Source: a virus (lineage: Duplodnaviria; Heunggongvirae; Uroviricota; Caudoviricetes). Taken from it: a stretch of 64,000 nt of DNA. How positions within the stretch are numbered: the first letter of the stretch is position 1; each line of letters starts with the position of its first letter. The stretch is from positions 1 to 64,000 of IMG/VR virus record IMGVR_UViG_2667528037_000002; one strand, given 5' to 3'. The position numbers and the translations under genes were made by a program. Shown here one piece after another: positions 46,266 through 55,472 of this stretch. The notes beneath the pieces were generated by a model. It had not been told where the DNA came from, did not search any database, and saw nothing but the letters and a program-made list of their open reading frames with translations.

Positions 46266-46298
46266 CACCCACCGTCCCGTACCCCGGGGCGGTGGGTG
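46266..46298 (+). terminator. GC-rich hairpin after capsid gene (weak terminator, no T-tract)
   Basis: CACCCACCG...CGGTGGGTG. Confidence 0.3.
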
Positions 46299-46342
46299 CG
46301 CCCAGCACCCCGGCACGACAACAACAGAGGAGCTGAAATCCC

Positions 46343-46684
46343 ATGGCAGTACAGAAGCGCGACGCCGTCGCGGACACCGTCGCGGCACTGGAGACCAAGC
46401 GCGAGCTGCTGGCGTCCCTCGGCGAAGACACCTCCGCCATCGACGCGAAGCTCGCCGAGTGGCGCGCAGACATTGACCCGGTCGAGCCCGCCCCGCCGGT
46501 CGAGAACAAGGTCGCCCCCGCGGCGCCGGAGAAGGCAACCCCGCCCGCATCCGACAACGCAGCCGCCAAGCCCGGTAAGGCCGCGCCCGCCAAGGCAACC
46601 GCCACCAAGACGGAACCTGCACCGGCACAGGTGAAGACCGAGGAGACCAAGGCCGCTGATGGCGGACCTGGTAACGACAACTGA
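46343..46684 (+). CDS. Hypothetical head protein with Pro/Ala/Lys-rich tail
   Basis: ORF track. Confidence 0.45.
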   Translation: MAVQKRDAVADTVAALETKRELLASLGEDTSAIDAKLAEWRADIDPVEPAPPVENKVAPAAPEKATPPASDNAAAKPGKAAPAKATATKTEPAPAQVKTEETKAADGGPGNDN

Positions 46685-47213
46685 CCTCGGCAAGTTCGAG
46701 GCTGGTGACCGGCAGTGGTTCCTCGACACCGCTGAATCGGCGGTGCGGGACTACTGCGACTGGCACATCGCACCGTCTCGCCGTGAGGTGGATCGGCGAT
46801 GCGAAATTGGGGAGCGCGGCATCATCATGCTGCACTCCCTGCATGTCACCGACGTTGAGTCCGTGAAGGTCGACGGCCAGGTACTCGAACCAGATGAATA
46901 CGACTGGGACGAGGCGGGATTCATTACACGGACCCGCACCACCTGGCCGCGCGGCCGGTACTGGCCAGTCTTCGGGCTGCCCTCGCCGCGCTACGCCTAC
47001 GTCACCTTCACTCACGGCTACCCAGAGGTACCGCTGGCGGTGAAAGCGGTAATACTGGAGTTGGCGTCCAGCGGCATCGAGCTGCCGTCATCGGTAGCCA
47101 CCGAGGCCACCGGTGGCCCGTTCCGCATCAAGTTCAAGGGCACCTCGGGTCTGTCGCTCAACGACGACCACAAGTCCCGGCTGGCCGACTACCGCATCCA
47201 GGCCATCGCGTGA
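46659..47213 (+). CDS. Head-to-tail connector/adaptor protein
   Basis: Position and size. Confidence 0.5.
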   Translation: MADLVTTTDLGKFEAGDRQWFLDTAESAVRDYCDWHIAPSRREVDRRCEIGERGIIMLHSLHVTDVESVKVDGQVLEPDEYDWDEAGFITRTRTTWPRGRYWPVFGLPSPRYAYVTFTHGYPEVPLAVKAVILELASSGIELPSSVATEATGGPFRIKFKGTSGLSLNDDHKSRLADYRIQAIA

Positions 47214-47587
47214 GTGTCTTCCCCGAGCCCTACGACATCGCGCACTACCCGTACAGCGCGACAGCGGGAAAGAACGCCCACGGCAACACCATTGGCGGCG
47301 TCGCAGAGGCGCCGACGCCACGGCGGGCGATGGCCTTCTACCCCCGCGGTGAACGCGCAGCCGACAGGGTCGAGCCGGTAGCACCGGAGTACGTGGCCCG
47401 GCACATCGCCGAGCTGACAATGCTGGTGAAAGACCCAACGGTCTACAAAACCCAGGACCAGGTCGACATCCACGGCGCCCGCTTCGATGTCGTCGGCATG
47501 GGAGCTGACGGTGACTGGCGCAACGGGCCGTGGCGGAAGTACTCGCAGATGTTCGGCGGGGAAATCTCGCTCAAGCGAGTCGGCTAG
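47210..47587 (+). CDS. Head-tail joining protein
   Basis: Synteny. Confidence 0.45.
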   Translation: MSVFPEPYDIAHYPYSATAGKNAHGNTIGGVAEAPTPRRAMAFYPRGERAADRVEPVAPEYVARHIAELTMLVKDPTVYKTQDQVDIHGARFDVVGMGADGDWRNGPWRKYSQMFGGEISLKRVG

Positions 47588-47835
47588 TGGCCGTACGCAT
47601 CAAGTACAACATGGCAGGGTTCCGCAAGATCCGCCACGCCTACGGCGAGTACGTCGAGCAGATCGCCCGGCAGGCCGCCGAAGGACTACCAGACGGCTAC
47701 ACCATTGTCGTGCAACGCGATCCTAATACGCAGCGTCCGCGTATCTTCATCGTCGCCGCTTCGTACGCAGCACGCCGAGACGACGCAGCCAACTCGCGGC
47801 TCCTCAAGCTGATCGCTGGGTTACGGGGTCGCTGA
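47587..47835 (+). CDS. Tail completion-type protein (GTG start)
   Basis: ORF 47530..47835 frame. Confidence 0.4.
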   Translation: MAVRIKYNMAGFRKIRHAYGEYVEQIARQAAEGLPDGYTIVVQRDPNTQRPRIFIVAASYAARRDDAANSRLLKLIAGLRGR

Positions 47836-48272
47836 TGCCCGCCCTGTATCCGGCCATGCTGCCAGCGGACATGGTGGCGCTGGCAGTCGCGTACCTGACA
47901 CCCCAACCCGCCCTGACGGTTCCAGTCGGCTCCAAACTGCCGCCCACCCGAACAGATGCCACCTTGCCTGACGGGTTCCTGCGAGTCGAGTTCGGCGGCG
48001 GCTCCCGCGCCAACCTCCTCGAATGGGACCTCGACCTCATCCTGTTCGGCTATCACCCCGATGAGGTTGAAGCGTCCAACATCTCACGGACCGCGACAGC
48101 GCTCATGGACGCCGCGACCGGTCTCACCATCGACACCTGGTACGTCGTCTGGGCACGCGCCACAAGCCTGACGCACGAGTCGAAGGACCCGAACGTGGCG
48201 ACACCTCGATACCGGTCGATGGTCACCTGGCGCGTCCAGGGCCAACCCATCGGCTCACCCATCACCCCATAA
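47835..48272 (+). CDS. Tail terminator-like structural protein
   Basis: ORF track, synteny. Confidence 0.45.
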   Translation: MPALYPAMLPADMVALAVAYLTPQPALTVPVGSKLPPTRTDATLPDGFLRVEFGGGSRANLLEWDLDLILFGYHPDEVEASNISRTATALMDAATGLTIDTWYVVWARATSLTHESKDPNVATPRYRSMVTWRVQGQPIGSPITP

Positions 48273-48348
48273 CTCACCGCCCCCGCGCGGGAGATCAGGC
48301 CGTCCCGTCCGGGGCGGCCTTTCGCATATCACGAGAGGAAAGCCCCGC

Positions 48349-48930
48349 ATGGCTCTCAACAATGTGCTGGAGCTGGCCGCCCCGTCCCCGCGGGTCACCG
48401 GCGGCGTCCTGCGTGCACCGGTCGGCACGACCTTGCCGACCACCGCTGTCGGCGCCCCCGCAGTGGCCTTCAACAACCTTGGCCACGTCGGCAAGGACGG
48501 CCTGGAACGTACCGAAGATCGGTCGAACCAGGAGGAGTACAACTGGGGCGGCGACCTGGTCGCAGTGCTCCAGGAAAAGTACGGCCTGGAAATCAAGTTC
48601 AAGCTGCTCCAGGTCAACAACGTCGACGTGCAGAAGGCCGTGCACGGTGCATCCAACGTCACCGTCACCCCGGCCAGCACCACGTCCGGCACGGAGATCA
48701 AGGCCGAACTGAACGCCAAGCTCCTGGACACGGGCGCTTGGGTTTTCGACGGCTTCTACAACCTGATCTCCATGCGCCTGGTCATCCCGATCGGTCGTAT
48801 CACCGCCGTCGCGCCCATCAAGTGGACGCACTCCGAACTGGCGGCCTACGAGTGCACGCTCAAGCCGTTCCCCGACGCCGACGGTAACCACGGTTACCAG
48901 TACTGGAACGACGGCGTGGTGACGATTTGA
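48349..48930 (+). CDS. Major tail protein
   Basis: Position before chaperones and TMP. 193 aa. Confidence 0.65.
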   Translation: MALNNVLELAAPSPRVTGGVLRAPVGTTLPTTAVGAPAVAFNNLGHVGKDGLERTEDRSNQEEYNWGGDLVAVLQEKYGLEIKFKLLQVNNVDVQKAVHGASNVTVTPASTTSGTEIKAELNAKLLDTGAWVFDGFYNLISMRLVIPIGRITAVAPIKWTHSELAAYECTLKPFPDADGNHGYQYWNDGVVTI

Positions 48931-49325
48931 GCACCACCACCGCGCGCAAGGCATCGCCCCGCAAAGCGGGCGCGAAGAAGGCAGCCGCACCAGCGGCAGC
49001 CGACGCACCGGTGGACGAGACGAAGGAGGCCCCCGCTCCAGCGGGGGCACCTTCTCCGTACCCCGACGGCACGGCCCTATTCGAATTCACGACCAGCAGC
49101 GGGTATGTCGTCCAGTTCCCGAAGTACTCGGAGATCACGCCACCTACCCGCCAATTCTGGTGGGCGCTATACCAACTGGACGAGACCTTCCAGGCGTTCG
49201 AGTGGATGGACTGGGCAGGAGTGCCCAAGGAAATCCAACTCCGCGTCGTCGGCCTCGACGATGACGAGTACAAGGCTGTCTTCGACGCCTGGTTCGCCGA
49301 CTCCAAACTGACCGCGGGGGAATAG
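48927..49325 (+). CDS. Tail assembly chaperone (G-like)
   Basis: Synteny. Ends at GCGGGGGAATAG slippery region. Confidence 0.65.
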   Translation: MSTTTARKASPRKAGAKKAAAPAAADAPVDETKEAPAPAGAPSPYPDGTALFEFTTSSGYVVQFPKYSEITPPTRQFWWALYQLDETFQAFEWMDWAGVPKEIQLRVVGLDDDEYKAVFDAWFADSKLTAGE

Positions 49326-49759
49326 GTGCGCTCACCCGGGCCATCGGCCAGCACTGGCACGCGGTCGAGCGCGACCTCATATCGCTAGACAAGGACTCCG
49401 ACTTCGACGACCGGCGGCTGCCTGTTGCCAAGCTCGGGTCCATCGTGCTGGCCGCACCCCCCGGCACCGCGGTCTACCACGCCATCCACGGCGGGTGGAC
49501 CCGGGAATCTCACCTGCTAGCTGCCCAGATGGAGCAGCACGCGGGCCTGGTCACCATGCCCCAGCGCATTGCCCGTGAGGGCGTAGACCCCAACGCCCCT
49601 GTGCCGCAACCTGAGCGGCCGGTGGGACCACCACCGCCAGGGCTACTCGCCTGCGACGAGATGCCGCTTGAGGAATTCGAGCGGCTACGCGCAGCCAACT
49701 ACGCGCTGGGCGAGTCGCCCGGTCGCGTCATCGGAATGAAGAAAGGAGTAACCGGTTGA
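49325..49759 (+). CDS. Tail assembly chaperone -1 frameshift extension (T-like). Made as G-T fusion from 48927.
   Basis: -1 frame open from ~49290 to 49759. Run GGGGG at ~49316-49320. Confidence 0.5.
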   Translation, partial: GALTRAIGQHWHAVERDLISLDKDSDFDDRRLPVAKLGSIVLAAPPGTAVYHAIHGGWTRESHLLAAQMEQHAGLVTMPQRIAREGVDPNAPVPQPERPVGPPPPGLLACDEMPLEEFERLRAANYALGESPGRVIGMKKGVTG

Positions 49760-52700
49760 GTCCAGCAGTCGCCGCCGTTGAACTGGCGCAAGTATGGGTG
49801 CCACTCATGCCCGAGGCGTCCGGCCTCGCCGCGGGCGTCGAACGCATCGGCCGCGACGCGGAACGCCGCTTCGGCCGTGCCACCCGCACCATGGGCGCCG
49901 ACATGGCCCGCAACCTTGCCGCCAGCGGCAAGTCGGCAGTCGACGCACTCCGCCAGGTCGAACGTGCGGAGAAGGCACTCGCGACTGCGAAGAAGGCAGA
50001 CGCGGACGCCACCGGCCGCCTCTCCGTCGCACAGACACGACTCAACGAACTCAACGAGAAGGCCAGGGCCACAGCCACTCAGCGGGCCGCCGCTGAGGAA
50101 GGAGTGGCGCGGGCGCGGCGCGCGCAGGAGCTGTCGACACAGAATCTGACCCGCGCCACCCGGGACCTGGAGCGTGCGCAGAAGGCGCAGTCACAGGCGT
50201 CCAGTCAGGTCAAGATGCCGTTCGGCGCCGGGCTGATCATGCGGGCCGAGGCGTATGGGTCGGACTCCGGCGCTCGCTTCGCGCAGGGATTCCAGCGCGC
50301 CCTCAACACCGGTGCCGCACTGGCCGCAGGTGGAGGGTTCATTGCCGCCGTCAAAAGTGTTGTAGACACAGGACTTTCGTTCGACTCGGCACTCAACACC
50401 ATGCAGGGCGTCACCCGCGCCCTACCTGAACAGATGGCCGCCGTATCGCGGCGCGCCCGCGAGCTGGGCGCCGACACCCAGCTCGCCGGGGTATCGGCCT
50501 CCGACGCAGCCCAGGCGATGACCGAACTCGCCAAGGGCGGATTCGACGTCGACCAGTCCATGTCAGCGGCCCGCGGCACCCTGCAATTGGCCACCGCCGC
50601 ACAGGTATCCGCAGCAGAGGCGGCCAAGATTCAGGCCAACGCCCTCCACGCCTTCGGAATGGACGCCAACCAGGCGGCCAATATGGCCGACATGTTGGCG
50701 AACGTCGCCAACGCATCCACCGGCGACATCGGCGACTTCGCCCTCGGCCTCCAGCAGGCCGGTGCCGTCGCCCACGGCTTCGGCCTGACCGCCCAGGACA
50801 CCATCACTGCCCTCGGACTTCTGGCCAACGCCGGTATCCGCGGCTCCGATGCAGGCACCCTCATCAAGACCTCACTCCAGGCCATCACTGACCAGGGCAA
50901 CCCCGCCCAGGGCGCCATCGAAAGCCTGGGACTGACCCTGTACGACACCACCGGCAAGTTCGTCGGCTACCGCTCCATGCTGGAACAGGTTGCCGCAGCG
51001 TCAAAGAGGATGACCGAAGAGGAGTTCCAGGCCGACACCAACATCCTATTCGGCTCCGACGCCATGCGCGCCGCCATGGTCGCAGCCGGTGGCGGCGTCC
51101 AGATGTTCGACGAGATGTTCCGGGCCGTCGGCCGCGCCGGTGGTGCCAGCGAGATGGCCGCCGCCCAGATGCAGGGCCTACCAGGGGTCGTCGAAGGGCT
51201 CAAGAACACCGCCGAGAGCGCGAAACTTGCTCTTTACGATCTTGTTTCGCCGTCCTTGCAGTCAGCCGGTCGGGGGATGACCGGCTGGCTGGACAAGGCC
51301 GCCGACGCGATGCGTGACCTCAGGACCGGCGGTGGCGGCAGCGGTACCGCGGTCGACCAGATCCGGCAGGGCTGGCGCGACATTTCCAGCGCTGCCAAGG
51401 ACCTGGCACCCTCTCTCGCTGCTGCGTCCAAGGCCATCGCAATGGGCGCCGGAGCAACTGCCGTAGCAGGCTGGCGTGCACTAGGTTTCGCCATGCAGGC
51501 GTTGGAGCCGCCGCTGAAACTGGTAGCCGACATCCTCGGCAACAACCAATGGCTCACCACCGGTCTCGTCGCAGTCCTCACCGCCCTATACCTCAAGTCC
51601 AAGCTGACCGGCCCTGCTCTACAGGTTGCCGCCAAGGCCACCCAGGCATGGGGCACCGCCTTCGCGGGATGGCGTACCCCCGCCGCGCAGGCACAGCAGG
51701 CCATGGAGAACACGACACGCGCTGCTGGCGAATCGACACGCGCACAACGCGGATGGGCCACGCAGATGCGGGACAGCTACAACCAGGCGGCCGACCGGTC
51801 CCTGTTCTTCTCCCGCACAGCCGGAACCGCCGGGGCAGCCATGACCGGCATGAAGCTCGCCGGGTCCGGGGTCCTGTCCATGCTCGGCGGCCCGTGGGGC
51901 GTAGCCGCAGCAGGTGTCGGCATCGCGATGGGCATGATCGCCGACGCCCACCAGAAGGCCGCGCAGAAGGCGCAGGAGCAGAAGCAGGCCGAGGAGGAAT
52001 TGCGCGCCACCCTGGACCAGGACACCGGTCGCGTCACCGACGAAACCCGCAGGAAGGCCGCCGAGCGGTTCGGCAAGGAAGACCCCTACAAGACCACCGA
52101 CATCGGGCGCGCCAAGGGCCTAGGCATCGACCCAAACATGTTGGTAGACGCCGCAACTGGAACAGGCAACGCGCAGGCGTACGACATCATCAAGAAGCTG
52201 GCACTAGACAAGGGCGTGCGGGAGGGCCTGGACAAGGTCTCTATCACCGGATCAGGCGGCACCAAGCTGGACTGGAAGGTCATCCAGCAGCAATACCAGG
52301 CCATGGGGGTGTCATCCGACGAGCTGTACAACGCACTCCTCAAGGAGGGCAACGGCTGGGACACCGTCAACGAGAAGATCGCAAAGTACCGCACAGCTAA
52401 CCCAGGTGACCAAAACCTCGTTGGACTGCAACAGATTATCGACGCCATGCCCGACGTCAATGAGTCGCTTATCACGCTAACTCAGAACGTCAACGAGCAG
52501 CGACGCGAGACGGACAAGGGCGCACAGTCATTGCGCGACATGGCACAGGCCCAGTACGGCTTGTGGAAGCCGACCGAGGAAGGCGCCGCCCGGTTCAAGG
52601 AACTCGGCGCCGCCATCGTGTCGGTACCCAACAACAAGTCTATAGACCTCAAGGTCGACCCGACTAAGTACGACGAGACGAAGAAGAAACTCGAAGAACT

Positions 52701-54462
52701 CGGGTACACCGTCACGCAGCTGCCCGGCGGAATCGTAAAGGTCACTGCCGCAACCGATGAGGCGCAAAAGCGTTTCAACGACCTGGTGTACAAGGTCAAC
52801 AACACGACCGCCACCCTTCCCATCGATCTCAAACTGGCCAACTCGCTCGGCGCGATCTTGCCGCCCGGATTGCAGGGCGTATTCAGTGCAGCCACCCTCG
52901 CCGGGCAGGTACCAGGCCGCGCCTCCGGTGGACATGTCGACAGCCGCGGGGTCATCAGCGGCCCTGGGACGGGCACCAGCGACTCCATCCTCGCCCGCGT
53001 AATAGGCGGTGGTGCTGGGGGATTCATCAAGGTATCCAACCGGGAGTCGATCAACACCGCGCAGTCCACACGCGACAACATGCCGCTCATCAACGCCATG
53101 AACCGCGGCTGGGTACCGTCCGCCAACTTCCTGCGAATCCTCACCGGCATACCCGGATACGCGGGCGGAGGCCCCATCTCAATCGAGGACGCAGCCAACG
53201 ACATGGCGGGCGCGCCCTACGTACGCGGCGGCCACGGCCCATCCGGGACCGACTGCTCCGGCGCCGCATCCGTCCTTGTCAACGCCGCCGTCGGCCAGCC
53301 CCTGTACGGCGAGCGGATGGCCACCGGGAACGCAGCCGATTGGCTCGCGGCACGCGGCGCCATCATGGGCCGCGGACCAGCAGGCACCCTCCGCGTCGGA
53401 TGGAAGAACGGCGGCCCCGGCGGCGGCCACATGGCCGTCACGCTGCCCGACGGTCGCAACGCTGAATCCGGCGGCAGCGTAGGCAAGTTCACCGTAGGCG
53501 CGGGCGCCGCGGGCGCCGACGACCCCCAATTCACCAACCAGGCGTACATCCCCATGAACGCCATGTACCCCGACGGCTGGCCCAGCGGCGCAGCAGGCGG
53601 CGGCTACAGCATGTACGGCTCCGGCAGCGGAGGAGGCGGGGCAGGCGGCTATGGCGGTGGAGGAAGCGGTGGGGGCGGCGCATCCCCCGCACAGCGCCGC
53701 CAACTGCGCGACGCGGAGCAGAAGGTCCAGGACAAGCAGTTCGACATCGAACAGGCACAGCGCAAGCTCGACGAACTCCAGGGCAAGAAGAACGTCAAGC
53801 CGTCCGAGCAGGCAGCCGCCGAGGAGCGGCTATCCCGGGCGCAGCGCGAGCACAAGGACGCATTGGACGACCTGTCCACGAAGCAAGAACAGGTCAACGA
53901 CGCCGACGCCCGGGGCCGCGATGGACGCGGCCAGCAGCCGGGCAGCGGCCCCGACGGCAAGAGCTTCGCCAAGGACATGATGTCCGGCGCCATGGAGATG
54001 CTCGGCCTCGACGGCTCCATCTTCTCCAACCCCATGGACTGGGGAATCTTCAAGCTGTTCACCGGAGGCGCCAACGCCATCGGCGGAATGCTCAAGAACG
54101 CATTCGGCGGCCCGCAGCAACAGCAGCAGAACCCCTTGGGTACTCAGGCCATGCGCAACAACCGCCATGGCCCAGGCGGCGCCCCCGGCCCCGGCAACGG
54201 AGGCCTCGGAGAGTTCGACTTCGGCGACGGCGGCATGGGCGTAGTCGGCGACGCACTCCAAGCAGCGCTTCCACAGGTCGGCGACTTCCTGCCCAACAGC
54301 CAGAACCCGGGCGGGAACAACTACACGACCAACCAGAACAGCAACAACAGCAACGCCACCGGTGCCGCGTTCTACGGCCCCGTCACCATCAACGACCCAG
54401 GAGGCCTGGTGAAGCCGCCCGACCGGATGAACACCCGGATGACGGGACTGCCTAGGCCGTGA
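49756..54462 (+). CDS. Tape measure protein (1568 aa) with embedded NlpC/P60-like peptidase motif
   Basis: TTG start with RBS gaaaggag. Coiled-coil N-terminus. GTDCSGAAS...GGHMAVTL motif (~53.2-53.5 kb). Gly-rich C-terminus. Confidence 0.85.
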   Translation: MSPAVAAVELAQVWVPLMPEASGLAAGVERIGRDAERRFGRATRTMGADMARNLAASGKSAVDALRQVERAEKALATAKKADADATGRLSVAQTRLNELNEKARATATQRAAAEEGVARARRAQELSTQNLTRATRDLERAQKAQSQASSQVKMPFGAGLIMRAEAYGSDSGARFAQGFQRALNTGAALAAGGGFIAAVKSVVDTGLSFDSALNTMQGVTRALPEQMAAVSRRARELGADTQLAGVSASDAAQAMTELAKGGFDVDQSMSAARGTLQLATAAQVSAAEAAKIQANALHAFGMDANQAANMADMLANVANASTGDIGDFALGLQQAGAVAHGFGLTAQDTITALGLLANAGIRGSDAGTLIKTSLQAITDQGNPAQGAIESLGLTLYDTTGKFVGYRSMLEQVAAASKRMTEEEFQADTNILFGSDAMRAAMVAAGGGVQMFDEMFRAVGRAGGASEMAAAQMQGLPGVVEGLKNTAESAKLALYDLVSPSLQSAGRGMTGWLDKAADAMRDLRTGGGGSGTAVDQIRQGWRDISSAAKDLAPSLAAASKAIAMGAGATAVAGWRALGFAMQALEPPLKLVADILGNNQWLTTGLVAVLTALYLKSKLTGPALQVAAKATQAWGTAFAGWRTPAAQAQQAMENTTRAAGESTRAQRGWATQMRDSYNQAADRSLFFSRTAGTAGAAMTGMKLAGSGVLSMLGGPWGVAAAGVGIAMGMIADAHQKAAQKAQEQKQAEEELRATLDQDTGRVTDETRRKAAERFGKEDPYKTTDIGRAKGLGIDPNMLVDAATGTGNAQAYDIIKKLALDKGVREGLDKVSITGSGGTKLDWKVIQQQYQAMGVSSDELYNALLKEGNGWDTVNEKIAKYRTANPGDQNLVGLQQIIDAMPDVNESLITLTQNVNEQRRETDKGAQSLRDMAQAQYGLWKPTEEGAARFKELGAAIVSVPNNKSIDLKVDPTKYDETKKKLEELGYTVTQLPGGIVKVTAATDEAQKRFNDLVYKVNNTTATLPIDLKLANSLGAILPPGLQGVFSAATLAGQVPGRASGGHVDSRGVISGPGTGTSDSILARVIGGGAGGFIKVSNRESINTAQSTRDNMPLINAMNRGWVPSANFLRILTGIPGYAGGGPISIEDAANDMAGAPYVRGGHGPSGTDCSGAASVLVNAAVGQPLYGERMATGNAADWLAARGAIMGRGPAGTLRVGWKNGGPGGGHMAVTLPDGRNAESGGSVGKFTVGAGAAGADDPQFTNQAYIPMNAMYPDGWPSGAAGGGYSMYGSGSGGGGAGGYGGGGSGGGGASPAQRRQLRDAEQKVQDKQFDIEQAQRKLDELQGKKNVKPSEQAAAEERLSRAQREHKDALDDLSTKQEQVNDADARGRDGRGQQPGSGPDGKSFAKDMMSGAMEMLGLDGSIFSNPMDWGIFKLFTGGANAIGGMLKNAFGGPQQQQQNPLGTQAMRNNRHGPGGAPGPGNGGLGEFDFGDGGMGVVGDALQAALPQVGDFLPNSQNPGGNNYTTNQNSNNSNATGAAFYGPVTINDPGGLVKPPDRMNTRMTGLPRP

Positions 54463-55472
54463 GGTTCATCCGGCAGTCCGAGATCCCCGCCTACGACCAA
54501 TGGGACAAGCTGCCGAAGGCCCTCCAGGGCCTAGACACCCGGATCGTCCACATCTCACCGGACGGCGACTTCACCGACATGTACGGCGGAGTCAACGCCG
54601 GACGTCAAGGCGTGCAGCTGTCCGAAGACATTGAGGGCGAGCACCACTGGCCTTTCGAGCTACTGCTAACCGAGGGCGCATATGAGCTTGGGGCCACCGT
54701 CGAACGCGCCAACATCCTCAAACGAGAAATCAACTTCACCGTCTCCATCGGCGGTAAGGGAGTGCCGTTCAACAACTTCCAGTACCGAATGGCTGAGGAC
54801 CGCTGGTTCCGCGGCCAGGACGAGAACCGTGACGGATGGCTCGGTATCTACACCCGCTTCTCCGGCTGGCGATGGATCAGGGTCCGGCCCGCCCAGACCG
54901 TAGGCGGCAGCCAGAAGCGCGACCCCGTCGCCTTCGGCAACAACTTCGCCAAGTGGCCGATGAAGTGGCTGGCCCAGAAGCCGTACTACAGCAAGCCGTC
55001 CATCTGGGCGACGTGGCAGAACAACCCCGCCACCGCAGCACAATTCGGTGGCGACGGCGAAGGCATCATCGTCCTGCCCAACCGTGGCGACCTGGAGTCC
55101 TACACCCAATTCATAGTCCCGCCCGGCCGGTGCTGGGTTGAAGACGGCGACAGCGGACGCATGGTCGAACTACCCCTGATCGCCCCATCCGACGGATACG
55201 TCCTAGTCGACACCGACCCCAAAGAGCGGACACTCACCGCATCCAACGATCCAGTCGACAACATCTTCTACCAGATCGCCAGGCGCTCAAAGATATTGGA
55301 CTTCCTACTGCACGACCTGGCAGCCACCGGTGAGCCGGTGTGGAAGCGATTCGACAAGCGGTTCCAAGCATCAGTCCCATCCAGGCACGTCGCGCAGATC
55401 CGGGTCAAGCACAGCAACCCCAACGCCAAGATCACCGCGATACTGCCGCAACGCTATAAGAGGTCTCGGTAG
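54459..55472 (+). CDS. Minor tail protein (distal tail-like)
   Basis: Synteny after TMP. Confidence 0.6.
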   Translation: MRFIRQSEIPAYDQWDKLPKALQGLDTRIVHISPDGDFTDMYGGVNAGRQGVQLSEDIEGEHHWPFELLLTEGAYELGATVERANILKREINFTVSIGGKGVPFNNFQYRMAEDRWFRGQDENRDGWLGIYTRFSGWRWIRVRPAQTVGGSQKRDPVAFGNNFAKWPMKWLAQKPYYSKPSIWATWQNNPATAAQFGGDGEGIIVLPNRGDLESYTQFIVPPGRCWVEDGDSGRMVELPLIAPSDGYVLVDTDPKERTLTASNDPVDNIFYQIARRSKILDFLLHDLAATGEPVWKRFDKRFQASVPSRHVAQIRVKHSNPNAKITAILPQRYKRSR

